Shown here: piece after piece, positions 10,611 to 20,057 of the stretch | Layout: each line of letters begins with the position of its first letter | Position numbering within the stretch: position 1 is the stretch's first letter | Program-made: the position numbers and the translations under genes | Assembly (NCBI GenBank): GCA_050952625.1 | Contig: JBMNLH010000001.1 | Span: forward strand, 992,001 to 1,056,000 | Source of the DNA: Bacillota bacterium | GTDB taxonomy: Bacteria > Bacillota > Ch66 > Ch109 | Reading direction: 5' to 3' | Length of the DNA stretch: 64,000 nt | The notes under the pieces: model-generated | Database searches by the model: none | What the model was told of the DNA's origin: nothing | Seen by the model: only the letters and a program-made list of their open reading frames with translations

Positions 10611-10615
10611 GTCTG

Positions 10616-10660
10616 GTTAACCATCCATGCCCGTTAGGCGCAACCATCCATGAAAATAGC
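10616..10660 (+). repeat. Dispersed repeat family A, copy 2 (tandem, diverged)
   Basis: GTTAACCATCCATGCCCGTTAGGCGCAACCATCCATGAAAATAGC. Confidence 0.75.
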
Positions 10661-10664
10661 GGAC

Positions 10665-10745
10665 ATACGTCATCCCGAGCGTTAGCGAAGGAACTTGCAT
10701 CTCGAAGTGGGAAGGATTCTTTGCTTCGCTCGGAATAACACGATA
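10665..10745 (+). repeat. Palindromic REP-like repeat family C, copy 1
   Basis: GTCATCCCGAGCGTTAGCGAAG...GATTCTTTGCTTCGCTCGGAATAAC imperfect IR; colinear with the reverse complement of 62208-62288. Confidence 0.85.
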
Positions 10746-10787
10746 TTAAACCATCTTACTAACAACTTTAAGTGAGGGGGGAGAAAA

Positions 10788-10982
10788 ATGAGTATAGACT
10801 TGGTTTTTAAAATTGCCATTGTCGGGATTGTGGTTTCGGTCCTGCATATTGTGCTTAAACAGGCGGGGAAGGAAGATATTGCCCAAATTGTGACTTTGGC
10901 CGGGGTTATCGTCGTGCTGGTAATGGTGATCGAGTTGATCAGTGATCTTTTCGTCATGGTCAAGACAGTGTTTCAACTTTAG
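10788..10982 (+). CDS. spoIIIAC: Stage III sporulation protein AC
   Basis: IDLVFKIAIVGIVVSVLHIVLKQAGKEDIAQ; 64 aa. Confidence 0.96.
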   Translation: MSIDLVFKIAIVGIVVSVLHIVLKQAGKEDIAQIVTLAGVIVVLVMVIELISDLFVMVKTVFQL

Positions 10983-11018
10983 TAAGTTTTAATACACCAG
11001 ACAAGGAGTGAAGGCTGG

Positions 11019-11402
11019 GTGGAAATTTTACAAATTGTCGGTGCCGGTCTGGTAGTTACTGTCTTGATCTTGGTTATTAAGCCGCAGAGGCCAGAGTTAG
11101 CCCTTCAGGTCAGCCTGGTTTTTGGAGTCCTGGTATTCCTCCTCATTTTAGGTAAAATTTCCGGGGTTATCCATGTCCTTGAAGAATTAAGCCAGAGAGC
11201 TAATATCAATCAATTCTATCTTTCAACTATCTTAAAGATAATTGGGGTAGCCTATATTGCCGAGTTTGGTGCCCAAGTCTGTCGGGATGCTGGTGAAGGT
11301 TCGATAGCTGCCAAAGTAGAATTAGCCGCCAAGGTCATTATCATGGTTATGGCTGTACCAATTATTGTCGCAATTCTCGATTCGCTGATTAAACTGGCTT
11401 AA
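11019..11402 (+). CDS. spoIIIAD: Stage III sporulation protein AD
   Basis: LKIIGVAYIAEFGAQVCRDAGEGSIAAKVELA. Confidence 0.96.
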   Translation: MEILQIVGAGLVVTVLILVIKPQRPELALQVSLVFGVLVFLLILGKISGVIHVLEELSQRANINQFYLSTILKIIGVAYIAEFGAQVCRDAGEGSIAAKVELAAKVIIMVMAVPIIVAILDSLIKLA

Positions 11403-11429
11403 GGGTCAGGCGGTTTTTGGAGGTGTTTT

Positions 11430-12656
11430 ATGGATAAATTCCGCATACTGACCCTCATTCTTTTCATGGGTTTATTATTATTGCTGATAGTACCGGCCAG
11501 TTGGGCTTCAGCCCAATCTGGGGATCCTGAATCTTCTCAAATAATAACACCAAGTATACCTGACCCGGATGAATTAATTAATCAGCAAATTCAAAAACTG
11601 GACTTTCGGGAAGTTGAAAAGACCGTAGAACAGATGAACCAGGAATTGCGAGATTATCTTCCAGCTATAGATTGGCAGCAATTCCTTCAAGATATTCGAC
11701 GGGGCGAGGTTAACTGGGACCTAAAGTCGATTCTGGGTGGGATTGGACGTTACATTTTTCGGGAAGTGATTGCTAATTCAGCCTTATTGGCCCAATTAGT
11801 AATTCTGGCAGTTGTCTGTGCGGTATTACAAAATCTTCAAGGCGCATTTGAGGAAGGTACGGTCGGTAAGTTAGCCCACGCTGTTTGTTATCTAGCCCTG
11901 CTGACTATTGCGCTAGGGTCATTTGCCATGGCAGTTGAAGTGGGACGGGAAGCAACCACTCGAATGGTCACTTTTGTTCAGACCTTATTGCCTATCCTGC
12001 TAACCATGATGGTTGCTTTAGGCGGGTTCACTTCAGCAGCAATTATGCATCCGTATATTATTGCTTCGTTAGGAATTTTTAGTACCTTGGTTAATTATGT
12101 GATATTTCCGTTGATTTTTCTAGCAGCGGTACTAAGCATTGTCAACCAACTATCGGATCGGTTTCGGGTGTCGCGGTTAGCCGGTTTGTTGCGGCAAGCT
12201 AGCACCTGGTGCCTCGGTTTAGTCATGACCCTGTTTATTGGGGTGCTTTCAATTCAAGGAGCGATGGGAGCAGTCGCCGACGGGATCACCCTGCGGACTG
12301 CCAAGTTTGCTGCGGGTACTTTTGTCCCAGTCGTGGGAGGAGCCTTTGCTGATGCCATTGATGCAGTAATTGGTTATTCCCTGTTACTGAAAAATTCGAT
12401 CGGTATTCTCGGGCTGATTATTCTCTTTGGCTTATGCGTATTTCCAGTATTAAAGATTTTGGCGATTACAATCGCTTATAAAATCGCCGCTGTCTTAGTA
12501 CAGCCTCTGGGCGATGAAGGAACCGCTGAAGCTCTGCAAGACTTAAGCAGCAGCCTAGGGTTGATAATGGTGACTGTGGCCAGTATTGGTTTGATGTTTT
12601 TTATGACTATTGCCATTATTTTGGGGGTCAGCAGCTTGACGACAGTGTTACGTTAA
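11430..12656 (+). CDS. spoIIIAE: Stage III sporulation protein AE
   Basis: Signal peptide plus multi-TM; ADGITLRTAKFAAGTFVPVVG. Confidence 0.96.
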   Translation: MDKFRILTLILFMGLLLLLIVPASWASAQSGDPESSQIITPSIPDPDELINQQIQKLDFREVEKTVEQMNQELRDYLPAIDWQQFLQDIRRGEVNWDLKSILGGIGRYIFREVIANSALLAQLVILAVVCAVLQNLQGAFEEGTVGKLAHAVCYLALLTIALGSFAMAVEVGREATTRMVTFVQTLLPILLTMMVALGGFTSAAIMHPYIIASLGIFSTLVNYVIFPLIFLAAVLSIVNQLSDRFRVSRLAGLLRQASTWCLGLVMTLFIGVLSIQGAMGAVADGITLRTAKFAAGTFVPVVGGAFADAIDAVIGYSLLLKNSIGILGLIILFGLCVFPVLKILAITIAYKIAAVLVQPLGDEGTAEALQDLSSSLGLIMVTVASIGLMFFMTIAIILGVSSLTTVLR

Positions 12657-12694
12657 ACATTAATGTTTAACTTAGACAGAGGCGGTGATGTTCT

Positions 12695-13435
12695 CTGGAG
12701 GCAATTCGCAATATAATTCGCGAGGTTATTGTCATAGTTCTCCTGGCTGGATTACTGGAAATGCTTCTGCCCGGAAACAGTCTGCGTCGGTTTGTTAAGG
12801 TGATTATGGGCCTGTTTATTATTGTGACCTTACTGGTACCAGTGGTTTCTGTTATCGGGCAAGGCGAATCCTTAGCCATTAGTTCCTGGTTGCATTCCAG
12901 TGATGCATCCGGGGAGGTGGCTAGCGTTTTATCTAATGGTCAGCAGATAAATGAAGAACTGACAGGCATCGCAGTTGGAGAGTACGAAAAAAAATTGAGT
13001 CGTCAGGTCGCCGCAATGGTTGCTCTAGTTCCTGGCGTAAAGTGGGTTGAAGCTAGGGTGCAAATGAAATCAAGCAGCGAGGATCCTTGGGCCGCTTTAG
13101 ACAGCGTCTGGCTTGACGTCGGTTTAACCACGGCAAAGCCAACTACCCGGGAGAGGATCGGACCTGAGGATAGGGATGCGTCAGAAAAAACAGAGATTGA
13201 GGCTGAAGCAGTAAATCCGGTTAAACCAGTTGCGCCAGTAGAGATAATTAAACCGAGTGACGGAACAGAGCCGGTCAAACTGGATGAAGGGGGGATAACG
13301 GATCAGATTGGGCCGGGAGAATCAGACCAATTAATCAATTCATTAAACCGGGAACGGATTGAGGAGCAGATTCGGGATACAGTTGCTAATTTTTACGGAG
13401 TCTCTCGGGAAAAAATTCAGATTGAATTTTTCTAA
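12695..13435 (+). CDS. spoIIIAF: Stage III sporulation protein AF (probable CTG start)
   Basis: LEMLLP..LRRFVKVIMGL motif; the conserved N-terminal helix extends 22 codons upstream of the ORF-track ATG to CTG at 12695, after RBS GAGGCGGTGA. Confidence 0.85.
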   Translation: MEAIRNIIREVIVIVLLAGLLEMLLPGNSLRRFVKVIMGLFIIVTLLVPVVSVIGQGESLAISSWLHSSDASGEVASVLSNGQQINEELTGIAVGEYEKKLSRQVAAMVALVPGVKWVEARVQMKSSSEDPWAALDSVWLDVGLTTAKPTTRERIGPEDRDASEKTEIEAEAVNPVKPVAPVEIIKPSDGTEPVKLDEGGITDQIGPGESDQLINSLNRERIEEQIRDTVANFYGVSREKIQIEFF

Positions 13436-13463
13436 GGCTAGGCCAACAAGCGAGGTGTTGGAT

Positions 13464-14093
13464 ATGAAGGGAATTAGGGAGTTAATCAAGTCCCCGATGC
13501 AAAATTGGAGCAAACCTCTTATCATCTTGGGCGGCTTAGGAATCTGCTTAATGCTGATTTCGAGCATGCGGTCAGACTTTAGTTCAGATGTTTCTCCCTT
13601 GCCCGAACAAGGTATGTTAGTCTCTACTTCCTCTTCCAATGAAATAATTAGCTCCACCCAGAATGCTTCTGTAGCTGGTTCTGAGGAAGAGGTTTTGGAG
13701 CGTCGATTGGAATCAGCGTTACAGCCAATTGTCGGGATTGGCCAGGTTAAGGTGGCTATTTCATTGGATTCTGGAACCCGTTATGAGTACGCTACCAATC
13801 TAAATACTAATCAACGCGAAGTTACGGAAAGGGATGACCGGGGAGGAGTGCGGAGCACTGTAGAAAAAATCCAGGATCAAGAACTAGTGCTTATGCCAAA
13901 CAGCCAACAGTCTTCCAGTCAATTGTTACTGGTCCAGGAAATTAGACCAAGTATTAAGGGTGTCCTTGTCGTCGCCGAAGGAGCTGAGGATGCTCGGGTC
14001 AGGGAGGAACTAACCCGGACAGTGCAGATTGCTCTAGATGTACCAGCGCACAAAATCAAAGTGATGCCCGGTGAAAAACGAGAAGGCAGGTGA
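13464..14093 (+). CDS. spoIIIAG: Stage III sporulation protein AG
   Basis: LERRLESAL..IVGIGQVKV and IKGVLVVAEGA; ATG at 13464 after GAGGTG. Confidence 0.93.
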   Translation: MKGIRELIKSPMQNWSKPLIILGGLGICLMLISSMRSDFSSDVSPLPEQGMLVSTSSSNEIISSTQNASVAGSEEEVLERRLESALQPIVGIGQVKVAISLDSGTRYEYATNLNTNQREVTERDDRGGVRSTVEKIQDQELVLMPNSQQSSSQLLLVQEIRPSIKGVLVVAEGAEDARVREELTRTVQIALDVPAHKIKVMPGEKREGR

Positions 14094-14097
14094 GAAG

Positions 14098-14715
14098 ATG
14101 ATTACCTTGGTGTTTCAACGTCGTAAGCTTTGGCTGGGATTAGGTGCCTTAGCCATCCTGGTTCTGTTAATTTATTTCTGCTGGCATTATATCGGTTTGG
14201 TTAAAGCAACTTTGGCCGAAGCCAATCCGTTGCTTGTTCCGGTCGAAGAAATCAGGATAAGCAATAGCTCCGAACCGTTAAGTGCGTTGGAAAATCAGGC
14301 TATTTCTGAAATGGAAAATGAATTAATTCCAGTAACCGCGGTGGGGGCGCAAGCCAAGGAGAATAGCCGGCAATTTTTTGCGGAGTTTCGGATGGAGCGG
14401 GACCGAGTTCGCAGTCAGCAGGTTGAGCTTTGCCGAGAAATTATCAACAATCCTGGTTCAACCACGGAAATTCGTCAGGAAGCCCAGCAAAAATTGTTAA
14501 ATTTAACGCAAGAAATTGACAAAGAAATGAAAATAGAAAATTTACTAACTGCCCGAGGTTATTCTGAGGCAGTGGTTTTTTTGCAGCCGCAAACAGTAAG
14601 CGTAGTTGTTTTAAGCCCGGGGTTTACAGAGGAACAGAAGCAAGCAGTAATCAAGCTGGTTAGCAACGCTCTGGGCTATAAAGAAAATATGGTTTCGGTT
14701 ATAACTCGAGAATAG
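14098..14715 (+). CDS. spoIIIAH: Stage III sporulation protein AH
   Basis: FFAEFRMERDRVRSQQ, IENLLTARGYSEAVV, N-terminal TM. Confidence 0.93.
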   Translation: MITLVFQRRKLWLGLGALAILVLLIYFCWHYIGLVKATLAEANPLLVPVEEIRISNSSEPLSALENQAISEMENELIPVTAVGAQAKENSRQFFAEFRMERDRVRSQQVELCREIINNPGSTTEIRQEAQQKLLNLTQEIDKEMKIENLLTARGYSEAVVFLQPQTVSVVVLSPGFTEEQKQAVIKLVSNALGYKENMVSVITRE

Positions 14716-14729
14716 GAGATAAATGCTTA

Positions 14730-14807
14730 TTGCCAAACCTTATCCTGACCAACTATAATTAAAGATGGAGTTTTATAAACTCAGGTAACCAGTGGGTACC
14801 TGAGTTT
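14730..14807 (+). promoter_or_regulatory. SigmaA-like promoter followed by a hairpin
   Basis: TTGCCA-N18-TATAAT (14730-14759); IR AAACTCAGGTA/TACCTGAGTTT at 14777-14807. Confidence 0.5.
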
Positions 14808-14879
14808 CAATTTGTTAAGGTAGGTTGTATACAGAATTTCTAAGCCGTATTATATTGTCGGGAGACAGGAGGATATTTA

Positions 14880-16235
14880 ATGGAAAGACTAAAAATTACG
14901 GATACCACCTTGCGTGATGGGCATCAGAGCTTGTGGGCGACTCGGATGCGGCTAGAAGACATGCTGCCGATTTTAGAGCGGATTGATCAAATTGGTTATC
15001 ATTCCCTAGAGGTTTGGGGTGGAGCGACCTTTGATGTTTGTCTCCGCTTTTTGAATGAGGATCCTTGGGAGCGGCTGCGGGTTATTCGCCAGAAGGTGAA
15101 GAAAACCAAATTGCAGATGCTGCTGCGGGGACAGTCTTTGGTAGGCTATAGCCACTATCCAGATGATGTTGTGGAAAGATTTGTCGTTAAAGCAGCGGAA
15201 AATGGAATTGATATTTTTCGAATTTTTGACGCCCTCAATGACATCAGAAATTTAGAAAAAGCCATGCAAGTGGCCAAAGAAACTGGTAAGCATGTTCAGG
15301 CTTCAGTGGTTTATACAATTAGTCCGGTACACACTCTGGAGCACTACGTGGAAACTGCCCTGAAGCTAGAGGATCGCGCCGCGGATTCTATCTGCATCAA
15401 GGATATGGCCGGACTACTTTCTCCTTACCGGGCTTTTGAACTCATCTCCGCCCTGAAAGCACGTTTGCGAATACCAGTTCAATTACATACCCATTATACT
15501 GGAGGTATGGCGGTGGCGACCTATCTTAAAGCAGCCGAAGCCGGCGTCGATGTGGTAGATACCGCTACGGGCCCGCTCGCTTTTGGTTCCTCCCAACCAC
15601 CAGTTGAAACCATGGTCCGGGTGATGCAGGAAAGTCCGCGGCAGACTGGGCTGGATTTAAGCCAACTATTTGAGATTTCTGATTACTTTGAAGACGTCCG
15701 GATTAAACGAGGACATGAACGGGGGATTACTAGAATCTCTCACCTGCGGGTATTCGAACATCAAGTGCCGGGCGGCATGATTTCCAACTTGGTCGCCCAA
15801 TTAGAGGAACAGCAAGCCTTGAACCGGCTACCTGAAGTCCTGGTGGAGATTGCCCGGGTGCGTGAGGAACTGGGTTATCCTCCGCTGGTTACTCCAACCA
15901 GTCAGATTGTCGGGACCCAGGCTGCGGTTAATGTGCTTACTGGCAAACGATACGGCATGGTCCCTGGCGAGGTTCGCAAGTATGTCCAGGGTTATTATGG
16001 TAAAGTTCCGGGCGAGATCAAACCAGACATCAGGAAAAAGATACTCGGTAAAACTCAAGCCATCGAATGTCGACCGGCTGATTTAATTGAGCCCCGACTC
16101 CAGCAGTGCCGCGAGGAAATTGGGAGCTTGGCCCAAACTGAAGAAGATCTCCTAAGTTATGCTCTTTTCCCCATGGTCGCCAAAAAATTTCTGGAGGAAA
16201 AAGCTAACAAACCGGCACAAAATGAGGATAATTAA
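14880..16235 (+). CDS. Pyruvate carboxylase subunit B / oxaloacetate decarboxylase alpha-like carboxyltransferase without a biotinyl domain
   Basis: DTTLRDGHQSL, EVWGGATFD, IKDMAG, HTH, HQVPGGM and PPLVTPTSQIVG motifs; no EAMKM motif. Confidence 0.88.
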   Translation: MERLKITDTTLRDGHQSLWATRMRLEDMLPILERIDQIGYHSLEVWGGATFDVCLRFLNEDPWERLRVIRQKVKKTKLQMLLRGQSLVGYSHYPDDVVERFVVKAAENGIDIFRIFDALNDIRNLEKAMQVAKETGKHVQASVVYTISPVHTLEHYVETALKLEDRAADSICIKDMAGLLSPYRAFELISALKARLRIPVQLHTHYTGGMAVATYLKAAEAGVDVVDTATGPLAFGSSQPPVETMVRVMQESPRQTGLDLSQLFEISDYFEDVRIKRGHERGITRISHLRVFEHQVPGGMISNLVAQLEEQQALNRLPEVLVEIARVREELGYPPLVTPTSQIVGTQAAVNVLTGKRYGMVPGEVRKYVQGYYGKVPGEIKPDIRKKILGKTQAIECRPADLIEPRLQQCREEIGSLAQTEEDLLSYALFPMVAKKFLEEKANKPAQNEDN

Positions 16236-16304
16236 TAAAAAACTGGACGCAATGATTAATATTTGGTACAATAAGTAAAACTACCCAGGGATGGAGGTGT
16301 GAGA

Positions 16305-16691
16305 ATGGAAAAGGTTGAACGGGGTGATCTTGGCTCAATTCGGATTGCTGATGAGGTCGTGTCAATCGTTGCCGGTTTAGCAGCCACAGAGGTTCCCGGG
16401 GTAGCCGGTATGAGCGGCGGGATTGTTGGCGGTATCGCGGAAATGTTAGGTCGCAAGAATCTGACCAAGGGAGTTAAAGTTGAGGTAGGAGAAAAAGAAG
16501 CAGCGGTTGATCTGTATATTATTGTTGAGTATGGGGTGAGGATACCGGAGGTAGCCTTACGAATCCAGGAAGCAGTGAAACGGGCAATTGAAAGCATGAC
16601 TGGCCTAACGGTAGTTGAAGCTAATGTTCACGTTCAGGGCGTTGCCCTTCATCCAGGGGAGACTAAGGAAGAAGAGCCCCGAGTAAAATAA
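16305..16691 (+). CDS. Asp23/Gls24 family protein (YqhY-like)
   Basis: GSIRIADEVVSIVAGLAATEVPGV, KNLTKGVKVEVGE. Confidence 0.93.
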   Translation: MEKVERGDLGSIRIADEVVSIVAGLAATEVPGVAGMSGGIVGGIAEMLGRKNLTKGVKVEVGEKEAAVDLYIIVEYGVRIPEVALRIQEAVKRAIESMTGLTVVEANVHVQGVALHPGETKEEEPRVK

Positions 16692-16705
16692 GAAAAGCGA
16701 GAGTC

Positions 16706-16732
16706 AAACCCCCTGCGCTAAACAGGGGGTTT
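16706..16732 (+). terminator. Hairpin/terminator after asp23
   Basis: AAACCCCCTG-cgctaaa-CAGGGGGTTT. Confidence 0.7.
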
Positions 16733-16757
16733 AAGTTATACGAGGAGTTGTGGTACC

Positions 16758-17294
16758 ATGAAGGTAAAGGCGAGGCTATTGGTGTCGCTGTTATCCCTTT
16801 TATTGATCGGGTTGGGTGTGCTTGCCATAGCAATTGGCTTGGGATGGATGGTGCCCATTGACCAATTATTGAGTGTCCTGAATCAGACCCAGGGAAAATG
16901 GTTAGTCGGTCTGGTGGGAGCTGTTCTGCTTCTGCTAGGGTTAATCCTCTTCTTTGATAATTTTAGGACTGCTCCCGTTCCCCAGGGAGTTATCAGAGAA
17001 CTAAAATTGGGCCGAGTAGTAACCACGGTTCAAGCCCTGGAAAGTGTCGTGCACCGGGCGGTTCGTCAGGTGCGCGGAGTCAGGGAAGTGAAACCCCTGA
17101 TCCGAGTCGAGGCAGCTGGCTTAATTGTTGTGGTGCGCGTTGTCCTTTCACCAGAAGTGAAAGTACCCGAGATAGCCGAACAAATCCAACAAAACGTCAA
17201 GACTCAAATTAACGACACCATAGGGACAGAAGTGGTCGAAGTGCGGGTCAAGGTAGATAATATCGGCTACGACGCGGCGGCCCGGGTGGAATAG
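16758..17294 (+). CDS. amaP: Alkaline shock response membrane anchor protein
   Basis: Two N-terminal TMs plus an Asp23-like domain; asp23-amaP-DUF2273 synteny. Confidence 0.8.
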   Translation: MKVKARLLVSLLSLLLIGLGVLAIAIGLGWMVPIDQLLSVLNQTQGKWLVGLVGAVLLLLGLILFFDNFRTAPVPQGVIRELKLGRVVTTVQALESVVHRAVRQVRGVREVKPLIRVEAAGLIVVVRVVLSPEVKVPEIAEQIQQNVKTQINDTIGTEVVEVRVKVDNIGYDAAARVE

Positions 17295-17321
17295 GGTTTT
17301 TCTATTGGAGGGGATCGTATA

Positions 17322-17540
17322 GTGATGAATGAGATTCTGACCGAGCTTTGGGCACAACATCGAGGGAAAATTTTAGGTGTCGCTGCCGGCGTAGGGTTTA
17401 GTTGTTGTATACTTGCCTTTGGGTTCTGGCGATCGCTCTTTGTTGTTCTTTGTGCTGTCCTGGGATATTTTATAGGTAAGCGAATTGACGAAAAGGGTGG
17501 TTGGCGGGACTTTTACAACCGAATGTTTCCGGAACGCTAA
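17322..17540 (+). CDS. DUF2273 small membrane protein
   Basis: HRGKILG...FGFWRSLFVVLC..LGYFIGKRID. Confidence 0.85.
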   Translation: MMNEILTELWAQHRGKILGVAAGVGFSCCILAFGFWRSLFVVLCAVLGYFIGKRIDEKGGWRDFYNRMFPER

Positions 17541-17634
17541 CTAAAAGAACTTTGGCGATTGAGGAGGTCTGGCCGGAAGGTGGCAATTGGTCATAATAGA
17601 GTAGGCCTAAGCCTTATATCGGCTGAGATAGTGA

Positions 17635-18063
17635 ATGAGTAGAAGAAAAGCACGCGAGACCGCGTTAATGGTGATTTTTCAAATGGATTTGGTCAAAGCA
17701 GAGTTGCAAGACGCTCTCGATTTTGTGTTACAAGAGTTTGCCGTTCAGCCTTCGGCGATTGATTATGCTCGCGAATTGGCTAGCGGAGTGTGGGGATATC
17801 GCGAAAACCTGGATGCCTTAATTCAGCGGGAAAGCACCGAATGGGAAGTACCAAGGATGGCCGTAGTTGATCGCAATATTTTGCGTTTAGCGGTCTATGA
17901 GATGTTTATTCTGAATGAAGTACCAGATCGGGTAGCCATTAATGAAGCAGTCGAATTAGCTAAACGGTTTGGCGGACCTGAATCAGGTAAATTTGTAAAT
18001 GGGATTCTGGGCAGTCTGATTAAGAATGATTCCTCTTCACCTCAGACGGGCGGGGGAGTATAG
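17635..18063 (+). CDS. nusB: Transcription antitermination factor NusB
   Basis: MSRRKARE, DRNILRLA, AINEAVELAKRFG, FVNGILG. Confidence 0.97.
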   Translation: MSRRKARETALMVIFQMDLVKAELQDALDFVLQEFAVQPSAIDYARELASGVWGYRENLDALIQRESTEWEVPRMAVVDRNILRLAVYEMFILNEVPDRVAINEAVELAKRFGGPESGKFVNGILGSLIKNDSSSPQTGGGV

Positions 18064-18066
18064 ATT

Positions 18067-19050
18067 ATGGCTTGTTTTTTAGGGTTAGATACCAGTGCTT
18101 ATACAACATCGGCTGCGGTTATAGACAATAATGGTAATCTAGTAGATGAGGAAAGACAGTTGTTGACTGTTTTGCCCGGGGAGCGGGGGTTGCAGCAGTC
18201 GCAAGCTGTCTTTCAACATATCCAGAACCTCCCTATGATAATAACCCGATTATTCGGACGTTGTTCTGATCTGAGCTTGGGTGACTTGACTGGCGTAGCG
18301 GTAAGTCAGCAGCCGCGGCCAGTGAAAGGTTCTTATATGCCGGTGTTTCGAGTAGGTTTGAGCCTAGCCGAAAGTTTTTCAACCATGAGTCGGGTTTTTT
18401 TAAAGAGAGTTTCCCACCAGGAGGGTCATTTGCGAGCCGGTCTTTTTTCCGCCGGTGGGCCGACCGCCGATAGGTTTTTAGCGGTTCATTTTTCTGGGGG
18501 AACTTCTGAAATCTTAAGGGTCGATCGCCTAACCGGAGGGTTTGCCATCAACATTTTAGGAGCCACGACTGATCTCCATGCGGGTCAATTGGTTGACCGA
18601 GTTGGAGTTCGGCTGGGCTTGCCGTTTCCGGCCGGTCCGGCTTTGGAGGCTTTGGCCAATAAAAGCCAAACTCCTGAAGAATCTCCTTTTTATCTACCTT
18701 CAGCCGTGAAGGGCTGCAATTTCAGCTTCTCGGGAGCAGAAACCAAAGCCCGATCTTGGATAGAGACTGGCGGGTCACCGATAAATGTTGCTCGGGCTGT
18801 AGAAGCCTGTATCGCTAAAACTCTTGAGAAGGTACTGCGGCAGGCGATTCGGGATACCGGCATTAAGGATATTCTTTTCGTTGGTGGGGTAATGGCCAAC
18901 CAATATTTGCGCCAGCGGTTAAAACAAAGACTGGAACATCCAGCTATTCAGGCTAAACTGTGTTTTGCGGCCCCTCACTTGAGTTCTGACAACGCGGTTG
19001 GTGTTGCTTTATTAGCTTTTGATGAGTGGCAACAGCAACAAATCGCATAG
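18067..19050 (+). CDS. Kae1/TsaD-like paralog (clostridial 'O-sialoglycoprotein endopeptidase'-like)
   Basis: LGLDTSAYTTS, SHQEGH, SGGTSE, GQLVDRVG, GGVMAN and DNAVG motifs. Confidence 0.8.
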   Translation: MACFLGLDTSAYTTSAAVIDNNGNLVDEERQLLTVLPGERGLQQSQAVFQHIQNLPMIITRLFGRCSDLSLGDLTGVAVSQQPRPVKGSYMPVFRVGLSLAESFSTMSRVFLKRVSHQEGHLRAGLFSAGGPTADRFLAVHFSGGTSEILRVDRLTGGFAINILGATTDLHAGQLVDRVGVRLGLPFPAGPALEALANKSQTPEESPFYLPSAVKGCNFSFSGAETKARSWIETGGSPINVARAVEACIAKTLEKVLRQAIRDTGIKDILFVGGVMANQYLRQRLKQRLEHPAIQAKLCFAAPHLSSDNAVGVALLAFDEWQQQQIA

Positions 19051-19202
19051 GATGATTGCACAGGGTTATTACGAAGGTCGGCGATTGATGGTTTGGATTA
19101 TTATTTTCGTTCCCAAACCAGTCTGCTGATCGAATATAAACACGTGCTTAGAAATATTTCAGAGATGAATCAATTAGACGATGCTTTAGAAGGAGTGAGA
19201 AA

Positions 19203-20057
19203 ATGACGGCCAAAATCATCGATGGAAAGTCGGTAGCAGCTCAAATAAGGATGGAATTAAAAGCTGAGGTCGAGGAACTTAAGCGTGGGGGCATCTGTCC
19301 GGGAATAGCGGTTATTATGGTCGGGGATGACCCAGCCTCCCAGATGTACGTGAAAATGAAAGAAAAGGCGTCTCAGGAGATTGGGCTGCATTCGGTTTTA
19401 CGGTTAATGCCGGTTGGTACGACGCAGGAACAGTTACTTCAGGTGATTGGCGAGATGAATCGGGATTCTAACATCCACGGGTTTATGGTACAGCTTCCTT
19501 TGCCGAAACCGCTTCGTGAGAAGGAAGTGCTCGAAGCTATTCATCCTGATAAGGATGTTGATTGCTTTCATCCCTACAATGTCGGGCGTTTATTAGTCGG
19601 AGAAGCGGGGGTAAAACCTTGTACACCTCTAGGCTGCCTGACCTTGCTGGATCGCTATGGGCTTGAGATAGAAGGGAAGAAAGCGGTGGTTGTGGGTCGC
19701 AGCAACATTGTTGGTAAACCAGTCGCAACCATGCTGCTGCACCGAAACGCCACAGTAACCATTTGTCATTCGCGGACGAAGGATCTAGCGGCTGAACTTC
19801 GTCAAGCGGATATAGTTGTCGCAGCAGTCGGTCAGCCGCAACTGATTACTGGGGAAATGCTTAAGCCAGGGGCCGTGGTTATTGATGTCGGTACAAATCG
19901 CTTACCCAGCGGCAAAGTAGTGGGGGATGTTGATCTAGCCAGTGCCAGCCAGGTAGCTGCCTGGATTACGCCGGTACCAGGCGGGGTAGGTCCGATGACA
20001 ATCGCGATGCTGATGAAAAATACGGTGGAGGCGGCAAAAAACCAGTGCATGGGCTGA
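19203..20057 (+). CDS. folD: Methylenetetrahydrofolate dehydrogenase/cyclohydrolase
   Basis: [32 protein letters not shown]. Confidence 0.97.
   Translation: MTAKIIDGKSVAAQIRMELKAEVEELKRGGICPGIAVIMVGDDPASQMYVKMKEKASQEIGLHSVLRLMPVGTTQEQLLQVIGEMNRDSNIHGFMVQLPLPKPLREKEVLEAIHPDKDVDCFHPYNVGRLLVGEAGVKPCTPLGCLTLLDRYGLEIEGKKAVVVGRSNIVGKPVATMLLHRNATVTICHSRTKDLAAELRQADIVVAAVGQPQLITGEMLKPGAVVIDVGTNRLPSGKVVGDVDLASASQVAAWITPVPGGVGPMTIAMLMKNTVEAAKNQCMG

Noticed and set aside
10542-10745. Possible CRISPR array
   Set aside because: Only two diverged tandem copies, no regular repeat-spacer periodicity and no cas genes; other copies are dispersed.
19075-19135. Hairpin upstream of folD as a THF or ZTP riboswitch
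   Set aside because: Only a simple TGGTTTGG/CCAAACCA stem; conserved aptamer motifs not seen.
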